Source of the DNA: Monocercomonoides exilis PA203 | Lineage: Eukaryota > Protista > Preaxostyla | Direction of reading: 5' to 3' | Assembly: GCA_001643675.2 (NCBI GenBank) | Contig: LSRY02000015.1 | Span: forward strand, 310,001-374,000 | DNA: 64,000 nt | Shown: in pieces, positions 27,001 through 39,626 of the stretch | How the letters are laid out: each line of letters starts with the position of its first letter | Position numbering within the stretch: position 1 is the first letter of the stretch | Made by a program: the position numbers and the translations under genes | The notes under the pieces: model-generated | Told to the model about the DNA's origin: nothing | Seen by the model: the letters and a program-made list of their open reading frames with translations, nothing else | Database searches by the model: none

Positions 27001-29382
27001 CTTCGCCAGCTCCAGAAGCCTCACTGTCTCGTCGCTGTGGTCTGCCAGCGTCTGCTGAGTGAGCGACTTGAATGAAGCAACAAGTGGCTTGATGATGCTG
27101 ATGAGGTGCTGGCTCATCCGGTCGTAGCGGAAGCGGATCAGCACAGCGATTGAGGTCAGCTGCTGGAGGAGGACTTCTTCGTTGTCAAGGGGATCTGAGA
27201 GGAGATGGGAGAGGAGAAGTGAGAGGAGAAGGGGGAAAGGAGGAAGGAGGAAGGAGATGATGGGATAGAGAAGAGGATACAATGAAATGAAATTGAAAGA
27301 AGAAATGACATAATTAGCATAAAATATTAATAGATTGGGCAATAAATTGAACATTTCACCAACAGTAATAAAGTTTGAAAAAGTGAAAAAAAAAATATCA
27401 AAAAATATTTTTTTATATCATCTTCTAAGCAAACCATCAAAATTCGTTGCTCCATCTACCACAGCCTTAGCGATGTGGAGTCGTGTATTGATGTACTGAA
27501 TAGCGATATCTGGCACATACTGCTCCCAGCCAGGGCTTGTCTGAGAGAGGCTGCTGTTCTGCAGCGAGGGATCAGAGCCAGGTGTGACTGAATCCATCGT
27601 CGACGGGGAAGATGCAGACATCGGCGATGCAGAAGAAGAAGGAGAAGGGGAAGGCGAAGGAGAGCCAGAAGGAGAAGCAGAAGAAGGGAAGACGATCGGG
27701 CGGGTGACTAAATGCCCTCCGATTTGCAGCCCTCTCGAGCGCTGGCGCATGTAGCTTTCCTTCGCGCCTGCTGCATTGACCATCTTCGACCAGAGGCTGA
27801 GGAGGTAGTAGGCGCTGTTCTGCGACCACTGCCAGTGCTCGAACACTTTGAAGGTGAGGGCAGACACTTCTTTGATGTAGAGAGGGTAGATCGGCAGGCA
27901 CGTCAGCTCTGCGTGGGTGAAGTTGCAGCGTGTTCGAAGGAGCAGGCGGCACAGCTGGTGGAAAATGTCGTGGTCGGATAGGCCTGAAGGAGAAAAAAGG
28001 AGGATGAGAAGGAGGAGAAGAGAGGAAGGAAGATGTGGTTTATTGAATGAAGGTGAATTTATAGATGAATTTTTGAATTTATAAAATACAGTTTGCATTG
28101 AAAATTCAAAGGAAGACGGCAAAAAATTGTGTGTGAGATGAATGAAATTCAAGAAAATACTTCAGGAAAATTAAAAAAAAAATCGCAAACCGATTTTCTG
28201 CTGCATCACAATAGTCGTTCTTTGTATCACAAACTCGACAAACTTCACAGCTCTTTCATTGCTCGAAAAGATGTCCTTTCTGATCAGTACGATCAACCCC
28301 AACACATCCAAAATCGTCGCCCGCGCCATCGCATTCACGTCGTTCTCTGCCACATACAAGTCAAACAGCAGCCCCGTCAGCTCGTCATTCTCCACAAAAG
28401 GTGCCCACGAGGCTGGCGCATGCACAATCGCTGTCTCGTTCTGCTGCTCGTCGTAGTACGAGTTCACAAAGTCGAACGACCAGCACAGACGCATCAGGGA
28501 AAGAGCTTGGTTCAGCAAACGAAGCGTGAGGGTTTCTGTGATTGGAGTGATGTGGTTTTGAAGTAAACATTTGATTTAAGTTTGAAAGGAGAAAAAAGAA
28601 AAAAAAAATACATACTATCAAAAGACGCATATGTTTTTGCCACATAAGCCTTTAAGTATTGTAGAGAAACTTGAGTTATTTGAAGCAAAGAACCTGATCT
28701 GAATTGAAGTTGAACCTTTCAATTAATAAAAAAACAGAATTAAAACACATGTGTAGAAAAAAGGATTAAGCAAGCACACTCTCCTATGTTCAACCACAGA
28801 AAACACATTATCAGATCGATAATTAACTTCTTGCAAAATTGCATTTAATAACTCAAGGCCAACTAAACTGAGGTATATATTTCCCTCCAAAAATGGAGCC
28901 AATTCTGCTGTATCGACAGATTCTTGTCCAGCTGACCATGAGAGCTTGAACAATCTTGCTAGAAGTGTGCAAACATTTGTTATAGTTGCAGTAACTTGTT
29001 GTTGAGTTTGATTGTCCTTTGGCTCGGATAAGAGCTTTGGAGCTTTTGTACAAAGAAATTGAATAACAAGAAGTCCTAAAAAGCAAACATTTAATTCAAC
29101 AACAGAAATTTATTTGATTTATTGCAAACGATGTGTTTTTCTATCTGAAACGGATAAAGTGCTCCAAATTTTTGGGGCAATTTCTTTAAATTTTGTTGAA
29201 GCAAATAAAATAGCACTAGGGACATTCGAATTTAATATGACATATTTGCACTGGTCCAAAAAATTAGGAGTTTGAGAAATAGCCTGTAGTTGTCGATGTA
29301 TCTCGGAACGGTTCACTTCTGCTCCACCAAAAAGTAAACTATTGGTCAACTGCTCTATCGTTTGCAATTCTTGTTCGTTCAT
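24092..29382 (-). CDS. XPO7: Exportin-7 / RanBP16-17-like karyopherin, multi-exon
   Basis: Exons read FDFVNSYYDE...HAPASW, FHQLCRLLLR..NF..AEL, WQWSQNSAYYLLSLWSKMV, DPLDNEEVL.QQL, QLAWMVHIVG, LFLQLRGI and NSRQSRLCFDQNSPNPIVIFR, all typical of exportin-7. GC-rich exons, AT-rich introns; the 3' end is approximate. Confidence 0.9.
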
Positions 29383-29582
29383 GGGATTTTGTTAATAATA
29401 TCACTTGCTAATTTGTGTATAACAAGTAATGGAGAAATTATGTTGATCTTTTTGGCAGATGCCCATTCTATATAATTTACAAATACATTTGACTAATTTT
29501 GTAAGAATTTGATTTCATTCCCAGCAAATATTAATTTTGTTGCAAAGAACAAATAAAATATATAAAGATTATCAAGATTTTG

Positions 29583-32111
29583 ATGGCAGAAAGTTCTTCA
29601 TCTTCTCAATTTTTATTTGAGAATCCTGAGAGTAAAGAGTTATCTTCTCATCATGCATTTGTCCTTCCTTCACCTCTTATCAAAAGTGTTGTTTTAAATT
29701 CTCATCTCAATGAAATAGAACAGACTAATGGTGTTAACGTTGGAAATGACACGCGCAACAAACAATCAGAGAATATTTTAGAAGAATCTCCAGTTCGGCC
29801 AGCACCTGAAGATTTTGGAATACAAAAATTTGAACAAATGATTGACGAAAAGATGAAAGAAGAAAAGGAACAAGAAAATGTACTGAGAAACTTTGGAATT
29901 GAATCACCAGAAACTGCAGAAATTTCTCTCGTTAATTGTTCGTTTTGCTCAAGATCCTTTAGATCAGATAGAATTGCAAAACATGAACTAGTGTGCCAAC
30001 ATCAACGAAAAAAAGAGATTGCAAAGCATAAGACATTGAGTAACACTCAATCATCAACTCTTTTATTGAAACCAAAGAAAAAAGGAAAAATGAATCTAAC
30101 AAATGTTTCATCAAAACCTCCAGCTTCAGCTGGGACCGAACATAAAGAAGAAACTTCTTTAGCAAATGCTCCTAATGTCAGTGATTTATGTGCATCTTCT
30201 TCCGAATCTTTTGATAACAACGATCGAATTGATAATGAAGATAATGCGAAACTTGGAGAATCAGACCAACAAATTCAGCCGAGCAGCTCGGAGAACATGG
30301 AATCAAGCAATGAATTTCTCGAGCCATTTCCGCCAGATGCCACGGATGAAATGATCTTCTCACAGATCAGTGCGCGGCTTGCTTTGCTCGACAAGAAGCA
30401 GCGTTCATCTTCTATTTCTCCGCCACATTCGCAGTTTCTCCGAGGCACTGAAGAGAATCAAGCTCCTCTTGCTGCTACTGCTGCCACAACAAGTTCTTCC
30501 AACACTTCGCCATCTCACAACAGTCCACTCAACAAACGGCCTTCTTCAACCACATCATCACCTCGTCAGTCGCATATTCCTCATCTTTCTGGAAGAGCAA
30601 GCTCATTCACTTCACACTCCAATAAAAGCTCACCTAAAATCATTAATCATGATATTTATTCATCATCATCATCATCCTCTTCTTCTTCTTCTTCTTCTTC
30701 TTCTTCTTCCTTTTTAATATCACCTCGCACGTCATTCAACCGCAGAGGGCATCATCGATCTGTTTCAGCTGCTGATGCTTCTTTTGCTGCCATTTCGTCT
30801 TCTCAATCAGCATCGTGCGAAGCAAACAATTTGAATGCAAAAGATGAAAACGCAAGCAAAACAGCACAGAAAGAATTCAAATCTGTATCAACTTTTTCCC
30901 TTCAAAATGCTTCGCCCTCACGAAAAGATCTTTCTCTTCTCAGAAATGGTGTCACCTCTCTTCCTCCTTCTTCTTCGTCTTCTCCTTCTTCATCCCCTTC
31001 TCCTTCTCCGTCTTCTTCTCCTTCTCATTCTCCTTCTTCGTCTCCTCCTCCTTCTACTACTACTACTACTACTTCTTCAAAACCCTTGTCTATTCCTTTG
31101 CTCCGCCTCAACAGCATCAACAGCGTTTCTCGTATTCCTCGTCTCATCAAATCAGCCAAGTCTTCTCATTCTGCTCGGACTGTCTCTTCTTTCTCTTCCT
31201 TCTCTGCTGCTGACAGCAACACCAACACCAACAGCAACATAAACAAAAATGAGAACAAGCCAGCTGCTTTGAGCTCTTCACTTTCCCCAACTGCCATCCG
31301 AACTGGTCTGAAAACAGAACAAGAAGAGCAGATTCAGATGGCAAAGAACGCTTCCTCAGCAAAGCTGGGGCAGACGATGAATTCGATTCATTCAACAAAT
31401 TCATCTCATTCAACACATATGTCACACAACACGCTGAACAAGACAGCAGAAATTGGAGTTGGGCTGTTTGGGAGGAGGATGTTGAATGCGCCAGACAAAG
31501 TTCAATCAAAAGGAGTGACAGGAACAAAAGAAGGGAAAGAAGGAAAAGGAGAAAAAGGAGCAAATGAGCACAGAGCAGCAACAGCAGCAGCAGCGACGAG
31601 GTCGTTTCGGAGGCAGAATTCGTCTTCAGTTCTGAGCGCGAGCAAACAGAGAGGCAATGCAACAACAGCACTGGTTAGAGGGAACAGCAGCTGTTTGCTC
31701 CATACGGCAAAGTCAGCATCTGCAATGGCTAACGCGTCTTTGGGCGACTCTGCCGAAAGGAAGACGAATGTTGCTTCGGTTAAACGAGATTCTTCGTTTT
31801 CTGATGCTTCAAAACTTTCATCAACTTCTTCTTCTTCTTCTTCATATCCTTCATCATCATCATCTTCTTCTTCTCTAATTGCAGAAACATCTTTATCTCC
31901 AACAACACCCACTTCATCGTCTTCTGATGTGCTGAGCATCTCTTCATCTCAGCAAGCAGCACCTTCACAGGCAGAAGTGAATGAAAAACAGGAAGATAAC
32001 ATTTCTCCTTCGAATGTCACTGAAAATTCTATCTGTCCATCGTGCAAATGGAAAAAGTGCTGTCCGACTGCTAAATTCTGCTGCCAATGTGGTTACAAAT
32101 TCGAAACTTGA
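29583..32111 (+). CDS. Ser-rich protein with a C2HC zinc finger and a C-terminal zinc ribbon (ZC2HC1-like)
   Basis: CSFCSRSFRSDRIAKHELVC and terminal CPSC...AKFCCQCGYK in an 842-aa open frame. Confidence 0.8.
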   Translation: MAESSSSSQFLFENPESKELSSHHAFVLPSPLIKSVVLNSHLNEIEQTNGVNVGNDTRNKQSENILEESPVRPAPEDFGIQKFEQMIDEKMKEEKEQENVLRNFGIESPETAEISLVNCSFCSRSFRSDRIAKHELVCQHQRKKEIAKHKTLSNTQSSTLLLKPKKKGKMNLTNVSSKPPASAGTEHKEETSLANAPNVSDLCASSSESFDNNDRIDNEDNAKLGESDQQIQPSSSENMESSNEFLEPFPPDATDEMIFSQISARLALLDKKQRSSSISPPHSQFLRGTEENQAPLAATAATTSSSNTSPSHNSPLNKRPSSTTSSPRQSHIPHLSGRASSFTSHSNKSSPKIINHDIYSSSSSSSSSSSSSSSSSFLISPRTSFNRRGHHRSVSAADASFAAISSSQSASCEANNLNAKDENASKTAQKEFKSVSTFSLQNASPSRKDLSLLRNGVTSLPPSSSSSPSSSPSPSPSSSPSHSPSSSPPPSTTTTTTSSKPLSIPLLRLNSINSVSRIPRLIKSAKSSHSARTVSSFSSFSAADSNTNTNSNINKNENKPAALSSSLSPTAIRTGLKTEQEEQIQMAKNASSAKLGQTMNSIHSTNSSHSTHMSHNTLNKTAEIGVGLFGRRMLNAPDKVQSKGVTGTKEGKEGKGEKGANEHRAATAAAATRSFRRQNSSSVLSASKQRGNATTALVRGNSSCLLHTAKSASAMANASLGDSAERKTNVASVKRDSSFSDASKLSSTSSSSSSYPSSSSSSSSLIAETSLSPTTPTSSSSDVLSISSSQQAAPSQAEVNEKQEDNISPSNVTENSICPSCKWKKCCPTAKFCCQCGYKFET

Positions 32112-33160
32112 GGAGGAAAAATTATCTTTTTTTTATAACTTTTTCTCCATTTTTAAGTTGTTTATTGAAACTTTATTTTTTTTTTTTTTCTTTTTCTGTT
32201 TACAAATGTATGAATAAAATGCTTCATAGTCTATGTTTTATTTTCATGTAATGTTTCGCTTAGCGATTTTTCTCTTGTATCACACTTTTCTGTTTTCGTG
32301 CTCTGTGTATTTATTTCCTCTCCTCTTCAGAGCTTTGGATAGCATGAAAACTCTTCACATTTTATTTGGTTTATAAGAAAACGAATGAAAACTCGTTGAA
32401 TCTTTCTTTTAAGAAGAAGAAAGAAAGAAAGAAAGAATAAATGAATAAATGAAAGAAAAAACGATTTTTTACTATTGTTTTTTCATTTATTATAATAATT
32501 ATGTACAACGTTGCTTTCGTATTTCAGGCTTTCAAAGAGCCCAATCAAAAAAATAGAACAACAAAATAAAGTGTGGCCTCCGAAATGACATAAGAACAAG
32601 GGCAACTGGTGCGAAAATGGGGTGACTCCATGAAAATGACTGGGTGTGATGAAAAATGCAGTGAAAACGTTCGTATAAAATATCTGGGATAAAAATTAAA
32701 AAATTGATGTAATAATTTGAAAAATACACAAGAAAGACGAAATATAAATAAATAAAAATAAAAAATAAAATAAAATAAAAATGAAGGGAAAATTTTAATT
32801 AATGACAATTTCAAAGAGCAAAATGTATACAAAGATAGTGTGATAACAACAACAACTTGAGCAAAAATTGTTTGAAAAGAATTTTTATCATTAATAAAAT
32901 GATTGAATATGACTGATAAAGATGAAAGAATTCAACAAAACTCAAAAAACTTACAAAACAGAAAAAAGAAAAAAATGAATAAAAAAAAGGAAAAAGACGC
33001 AAATGAAGAGAAAAGTCAAAAATAAGTTATCAGATAAAATGTCAACAAGTCGTTCAGATAAAGTCGCAACAAACAAGAAAGACCAGCAATTCATTAAATA
33101 ATTCATCCAAAAATCTCACAAATTTTCTTCTCGTCATCACCTCATCTTTCATCCACATCT

Positions 33161-34936
33161 TCATCTCATCCTCTGCTCAATCTCTCTCATCAGCTGGAAA
33201 GCGCTGGGGCGGTAGTTCGGGTCATACAGCAAGCAGGAGCGCACAATCGAGCGCAGATGATGGTCAGGAATCTCCTCTAGCGGCGGCTTGTCTCCTCTTT
33301 TGATCCTCCTCAGCGCCTCTGTCGGCGCAAACGTGGCATACGGCACACGCCCCGTCGCAATCTCCCAGAGAACAAGACCCAAACTGAACACGTCGCTCTG
33401 CGGAATGGCTGACGTTGTGATCGTCGGCAGCGGTGATGTGATCGGAGGCAGCTCCACTTCTTCTACTTCCTCAGCCTCGTTTGTGATTCCTGCTCCTTCT
33501 GCACCCACACCCACACCCACACCCACTCCCATTCCCATTTCTGCCGCAACCCCTTCATCTCCAACCACGGGTCCTTCAGCTGTTGCTATCATCCCAGCTT
33601 CCAGCGCTGTCGGAGAAGCTGCCTGTGGAATGCCTCCGGCTGCTGTGTTAAGCGCAGCCTCGTTCAGGTTGGTTTGTTTGACTTCGCCTGCTGAGTCGCT
33701 TGCCTGATGAAGGTGCTCCTGTGAAATGACATCATACCCAGGCTTGCTCACTCCATCTCCTCCTCCTCCTCCTCCTCCTCCGATTTCTTCTTCTTCCTCA
33801 ACCAATTTCTTTTCTTCTTTCTCTTCTTTTTCGTCTTCTGAATTGGCGTCAGATTGCAAAGGAAGTTCCCTCAATTTCGTCAAATCTTCATGCGCTTTAA
33901 TCAGCGCCTCCTCATCTTCGTTCATCTCTTCTTGACTTTTTTGTTTTTTCTTCTTTTTGTCTTTGTCTTTGCTGTCTTTCGTCTCATCCTTTTCATTATC
34001 CTTTTCTTTCTCCTTCTTCTTGTCCTTTTCTTTCTCTTTCTTCTTCTTTTCTCCCTGTTCTTTTTTGATCGCTGATAGTTCCTTTGTCATATGCATCATC
34101 AGCTCCGCTTTCATTTCCGGCGGATCTTCTTCTCCCAAAACTGACATCCCAATTTCCGGAGCGCACCATCGCTGTGTATCGTCTCCGCCAAATGGATGTG
34201 ATGATTCCCCTTGCTGAACAGGAGGAATAATATACAGAATGTCCTTTTCATCAATCAGGATGTTCAAAGGAGAAAGAACTCCGACGACTGCGGGCGGATG
34301 ACTGCCGTGAAGATATACAAGAGCACGTGCTAATGCAAGCCCAACTCGGTACGGATCTAACGGAGGTCTCCCTGCTGATATCGCTGTGTTATCAAAAGTG
34401 CCATCAGAAGAAGTTGAATAAGACGTTGTTGTTGTTCCCGTCGTTGACCCATGACGCCCCTTCTTTGGCACAGATATGTAGTCGTACATATTCACAAGAG
34501 AGCGATATGGTTTGTTGTGGATCCGTGTGAATAATGATAATGATGAGTGAATGTAAAATACGTTGAAAGGAGGGATTGTTGACATCGCAACTATTTCCTT
34601 ATGCTGAATCATTTCATATGGAAGGGAAACGGTGTACCAAAGAGTTATAGGTTGGTTAGTGTTTCTTCTCTCTGGTTGATCCATGCTTTCTTTTCTCATT
34701 GCCTCTGTTAAAAGCGCATATTGATCGCCAACAGCGCCCTGAATACTCCCTGGCGCTACAAGTGCGTTTGCATCATCAGAATTGCTTTCAAAGTCGTCTT
34801 TATTCCCTGAAGACGTCTTGTGAAAACGATTTTTGCAATTGCGGAAAACTCTGCGTAAGCATAGAACGCCAATCCCACTTCCTACTCCGACTATTAACGT
34901 CCCTAGAATTGAGCTGATAATAATCAGCGCCTTCAT
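33161..34936 (-). CDS. Single-pass membrane TKL-type pseudokinase
   Basis: N-terminal TM; LARALVYLH, VLSPLNILID (HRD lost), WCAPE, SDVFSLGLVLWEIATGRVPY and C...DPNYRPS; a ~250-aa charged insert follows APE. Confidence 0.8.
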   Translation of the reverse strand: MKALIIISSILGTLIVGVGSGIGVLCLRRVFRNCKNRFHKTSSGNKDDFESNSDDANALVAPGSIQGAVGDQYALLTEAMRKESMDQPERRNTNQPITLWYTVSLPYEMIQHKEIVAMSTIPPFNVFYIHSSLSLFTRIHNKPYRSLVNMYDYISVPKKGRHGSTTGTTTTSYSTSSDGTFDNTAISAGRPPLDPYRVGLALARALVYLHGSHPPAVVGVLSPLNILIDEKDILYIIPPVQQGESSHPFGGDDTQRWCAPEIGMSVLGEEDPPEMKAELMMHMTKELSAIKKEQGEKKKKEKEKDKKKEKEKDNEKDETKDSKDKDKKKKKQKSQEEMNEDEEALIKAHEDLTKLRELPLQSDANSEDEKEEKEEKKLVEEEEEIGGGGGGGGDGVSKPGYDVISQEHLHQASDSAGEVKQTNLNEAALNTAAGGIPQAASPTALEAGMIATAEGPVVGDEGVAAEMGMGVGVGVGVGAEGAGITNEAEEVEEVELPPITSPLPTITTSAIPQSDVFSLGLVLWEIATGRVPYATFAPTEALRRIKRGDKPPLEEIPDHHLRSIVRSCLLYDPNYRPSAFQLMREIEQRMR

Positions 34937-35162
34937 CACAGGGCTCAATTTCAATTCCAAAAAATTGTCTTCTATCCCTTATTTAAAAAATGTGAAAGAT
35001 GAAAATTGATATTTTATTAGAAACGAATATTTAATCATTTTTTATTTATCCAAAAAAAGAAAATGAAAGAAAGAAAAGATGCTTTATTTATTATGCACTT
35101 TTTTTTTAAAAATAATGCATCTCTGTAATTATCAAGATGTGATTAGTATGTTTTGAAAACTA

Positions 35163-35753
35163 GGCCTTTGCGACGGACCGACTTTTATGAAAGGACCTCG
35201 ACAAGTCCACCGACAAGAATGTTTCAAAACTTATGAATTTTTAAATTCAAATTTTATTTAAATGAATATCGTTTTTTTGTAATTCTATCGATATTTTTTT
35301 ATTTATTTCATTTTTTTTCAAATGAACAAATCTTTTATATGGGGCAATATATTTCTCTTCAGGCGTTTTCATTGAAAAGATAAGCACTTTTCTTTGACTT
35401 TTAGAGAACAAAAAACACGATAAAAATGTGTCCATTTTTTGTCATTCGTGAAATGTTGGAAAATATTTTGTTTTGATTTCAACGATGCATGTTTTCTGAT
35501 ATGAAAATCAAATTTATTTTGAAATCTGAGAAAGAAAAATAAAGTTAAGAGAGAAGCAATTTTTCTATGCTTTTTGCAAAAAAAAGCTTGAAAGTTGGTA
35601 TTTTTTACCATATCAACAAATTATTTTTCGAAAATTGATGATTGTGTATTTTTTTATGGGTTATCGACAGATCATTGTCAAGATCTGTCAATCGACAAAG
35701 ATCAGTTAGTCGAAAGGTCTGTCGGTAGAAAAGATCAATCTGTCGTATGTGTC
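35163..35753. mobile_element. Putative MITE with degenerate CGAC-rich terminal inverted repeats flanked by TA
   Basis: The left end ta|GGCCTTTGCGACGGACCGACTTTT...GACCTCGACAA resembles the reverse complement of the right end (ta|GACACATACGACAGATTGATCTTTT...GACCTTTCGACTAA); the interior is AT-rich and non-coding. Confidence 0.4.
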
Positions 35754-37497
35754 TATTTCTTTTGTCATTTATTTTTTTCAAAAATAGTGCTGAATAACGA
35801 TTGTGCAAGGAAAAAATTCATTAATTAAAAATTTATTGGAAAAACAGTTGCATGAATTGTGTCAAATGTGCATTTTGAACAATTGTTACCAGAATGAAAT
35901 AAAAAAACATTTTGTTTCACATATTTTTTTTCTTCTCATTTTTGTTCGCAACATCATTAAAAAGATAAGATTTAGTTGAAATTCCTAAATAATAATTCTT
36001 CAATAGTTTTCAAAACAAGCATCAAATTTTTGTTTATAAAAGGTGAATATGCATAAAAGGTTTAACAAAGATCATTGCTTTTTTGTTATTAAAAATTATG
36101 AACAACGATAGATGTTCGATAGAATTATTTATTCTGCTGATGAAGATATAACATTTTCCGGCGAGATATAATCTAGTTGACAGACGAGTTGAGCAAAAAT
36201 GCAAACAGTATATGAAAAGCTCACTATTTCTAATTATTTTAAAATTATTGTTACTTGGCGAAACTTCGTCTGTCATGTTCAGTTTTAAAAATGCGAAAAA
36301 TAAAAAAATAATGGGTGAGATCATTGATTTCATTTGCGTTTGTCCGTTTCTCCACATATGGGAAATTTTTTTTGAGATGATAATCTCGTTCAATGTTTGA
36401 TCTTTTTTTGAATCTTTGTGGGACAACTTTTTAAACGCATTGGAAATTAATTAATATGATAAAACATCATTTTCTGTAATATTTTTAATACGCAAATTTG
36501 GATTGATTCAATTTTCGAAAATAACCATAATTGTTCGTATGTAAAGCATTTTCTTTTTTGCTGAGTATTATTCGGTCGTGCAAACTTTTTGATGTTCGAA
36601 AAATATAAATTTTCAATCTTTAATAAGTTTCATTTTCTTAAAATATATAATTGTTCATGAACACACATGAATGGAAGCTTTTCATTCTTTTCAAATTTTT
36701 TTAAGATTTCTCGAGATAAGCAATATAGCAACGACAACAAGCATAGAAGATCGGAAGAAGAATTAGAAGTTTCCACAGGTGTTGCATGCTGGATATGGTT
36801 TTGTTTTTGATTTTTGATGATTTGAACTTTTTTGTATCGTATTATTTTCCTTCTTTTCATTTGTCTTTTATTTCATTCAGCATTTTACATACAATATATA
36901 TTTCAATCATTCTGTTTGAAACAAATAGCTTTGATCTTTGTAATGATTTAATTTTTGTTTTTTATTGAAAATTCATAAATTTATTTTTTTCCCGTGACAT
37001 TCAATGACTTAGTTAATGAAAGATTGAAAAATTTGAAGCCGAAAAGAATGAATGAATCTTTCGAACAATTTTAAGGGGATGTCGTTTTTTTTTAATTGAA
37101 GTTTAAAGGAAAAAAAAATATGAAGAAAAAAAAACAAGATTAAGGAAAAGATGAGAGAAGAAAGTATTAAATGAAAGATGCTTGAGGTTTAATAGTTGAA
37201 TTCACAAACATATGGAAATAGAATAGCTGCATAAAAAGAAGATAATAGGAAAGAAGTTGAAAGGAAAAAAGATAAAGAGAGAAGAAAAAGAAAGAAGAAT
37301 AAGAAAAGAGAGAAAAAAAAAGAAAAGAGAGAGAGAAAAAAATAAAGAGAGAAGGAAAAGAAGGTTGAAGCAAAAAGAAGAAGTGGAGAGAAGAAGAAGA
37401 AGAAGAAGAAGAAGAAAGAGGAAGAGCAGGATTTGTGGAAGAAGAGACATTAGCGAAGACATTTTGAGTTGAACACAAAGAAAATCTTCCATTTGTT

Positions 37498-37560
37498 GAA
37501 GAAGAAGAAGAAGAAGAAGAAGAAGAAGAAGAAGAAGAAGAAGAAGAAGAAGAAGAAGAA
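37498..37560 (+). repeat. (GAA)21 microsatellite
   Basis: Direct read. Confidence 0.95.
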
Positions 37561-38171
37561 AGAGAGGAGAGAAAGAGAAAAAGAAAAAGGAAATAATAAA
37601 AAAAAGAATAAGAATGAAAAAGAAGAAAATGAAAGAAAAGAAAGATAAATAAATTGATAGATAGAAAGATAGATAGATAGATAGAAAGGAAGATTGAAAG
37701 ATTGAAAGAAAGACTTCGAAAGGAAGAAGAACAAAGAAAAAAGGAAGAAGAAGAAGAGGGAATCAAAGAAGTGCTTGGAAATTGTGTAGGCTGATCAGCA
37801 GAGTTATCATTCCCATTCTGTTTAGACTGTCCAGCCAGCATTCTTCCATCTCCAATGTCTCTTCCTTTGAGCGAGTGCAGCACACTTTCGTCGTCCATCG
37901 ACAGCTCCTTCCTCTTTTCCCTTTCGATTGCTGCCTTCTCTTTCTCCTTCCGCTCCATCTCCTGCGCCTTCTCCAGTAGTGTCTGCAGTTGCGAGTGCAC
38001 TCTCGTGTCCTTGGGTTCAGCCACGGCTATCGAACGAGCAGAAGACTCCTTCAGAGCATCTCTGCTGAGCACAGCTGTATTCCTACCAAAGTTCGGAGGC
38101 AATGGATAATCATCATCGCCTTCGTCGTTCTTCCCTTTCTCCTTCGAAAGCATTGCCAGCGATGCTTTCTG

Positions 38172-38174
<3 letters not shown>

Positions 38175-38234
<60 letters not shown>
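38175..38234 (+). repeat. (CT)30 microsatellite
   Basis: Direct read. Confidence 0.95.
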
Positions 38235-38237
<3 letters not shown>

Positions 38238-39626
38238 TCTCTTTCTGCTCCTTCTCTCCTCCTTTCGTCCAGCATTTTTCCATACAAAAACTGCACATTT
38301 TCCGCAAACACACTTCTCACAACTGCTGCCTCGCCTTTCCCATCAGCCACAATTCTTTTCTTCCTCAACAAAAGCACTCTTTCCTTCGCATAGTACTCGA
38401 TATCTGCTTCTTCCTCATACACTCCACTCACTCCATACACACCCCATTTCCTCCTCATACGTTCCGCAATGTCTTTTTCTCCACTTCTCTCTTTCTCCTG
38501 ATGCACCCAGATCGCCCTCTCTCTATCTCTCTCCTCTCTCTTCTTCCCCTCCTTCTCTCTCGCCTCCTCTCATTCCTCCTTCCTCTCTCGCTGCCTTCAT
38601 CCGCTCTTTGTCCATTGCTGCCTTCGTGTTCTGCTTAAGCTTCGCCTGAAGAGACTGCAGATAGCTCGTCTTCAGTGTCTGTGCACCCGAACTGCCTCCA
38701 ACAGAGAGAAGAGGACCTGTTTAGAGAAGCTTCCGAGTGAAGAAAGACTCACCACGTAGTGTACCACCAAGGAAGAAGGAAGAGGAAGTTGAGAATGAGT
38801 TGGAAGAGGAAGTGGATAAATGTGCAGCAGGAGAGGAAGAAGAAGAAGAAGAAATAAGAGATGTCTTTGGGGATCTCAATGCAGATGCAGCTGCTTGTGA
38901 CGAGTTGATTGAGGCATTTGAGCTGTCGGCTGTTCCTGTGCTTGCATAGCTCTTCACACTTCCTGTGTAACTTGCACCTTTCTCTTCATTCTCTTCTGCT
39001 GCTTTCTCTTCGGCCTCTGCTCGTCTTTTCTCTTCTTCTTCTCTTTCTTCTTCTTCTTTTGCCTTCTCAATCATCTTCAAAAGCGCTGTTTCTTCCTTCT
39101 TGTCTCTGTATTCAACAGCCAAATGAACATTCTGGTAAATTTTTTTAAATTTATTTTGAAAATAAATAATTTGAAAATGTTAATCTGTGTTCTATTTTGT
39201 ATAGAGTTGTTTTCAAATTTTGTATAGTTGAATTATCTTTTCAAAATAGACAATTAACTTGTTGATGTTTGTGTTGATAATAATTCTCAAGGATATAAAC
39301 TTCTAAAATACAAAATTGTGAAAAGCAATTCGCTTTGTAAACAAGTTCAAAAATTCTTAATATTGGAAGATATAATTGCCCATCCAGTATTTTGTTTCAG
39401 ATTAAAGAGATAAATTTGACTTTCGCTCGATTTCATTTCTTATTGGAAAACTCATTCATTCTTTCTTTTTTGTGTGAGAAAAAATGGAAATCTTTTTATG
39501 CAGAAATTACATATGTCCAAATAATAGAAATGAAAATTTTCATAATGAAATTTTAATATCCCTTTGTTTGGTTTTCAACTTATTGTTATTTGTAATACTA
39601 ATTCAGATAAGATAATTTCAACAAAA

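Larger units (their letters stand above)
37167..39130 (-). pseudogene. Fragmented low-complexity hypothetical gene
   Basis: Charged and Ser-rich ORF pieces (38721-39122, 38051-38506, 37167-38153) broken by stops and microsatellite frameshifts; no recognisable domain. Confidence 0.35.
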
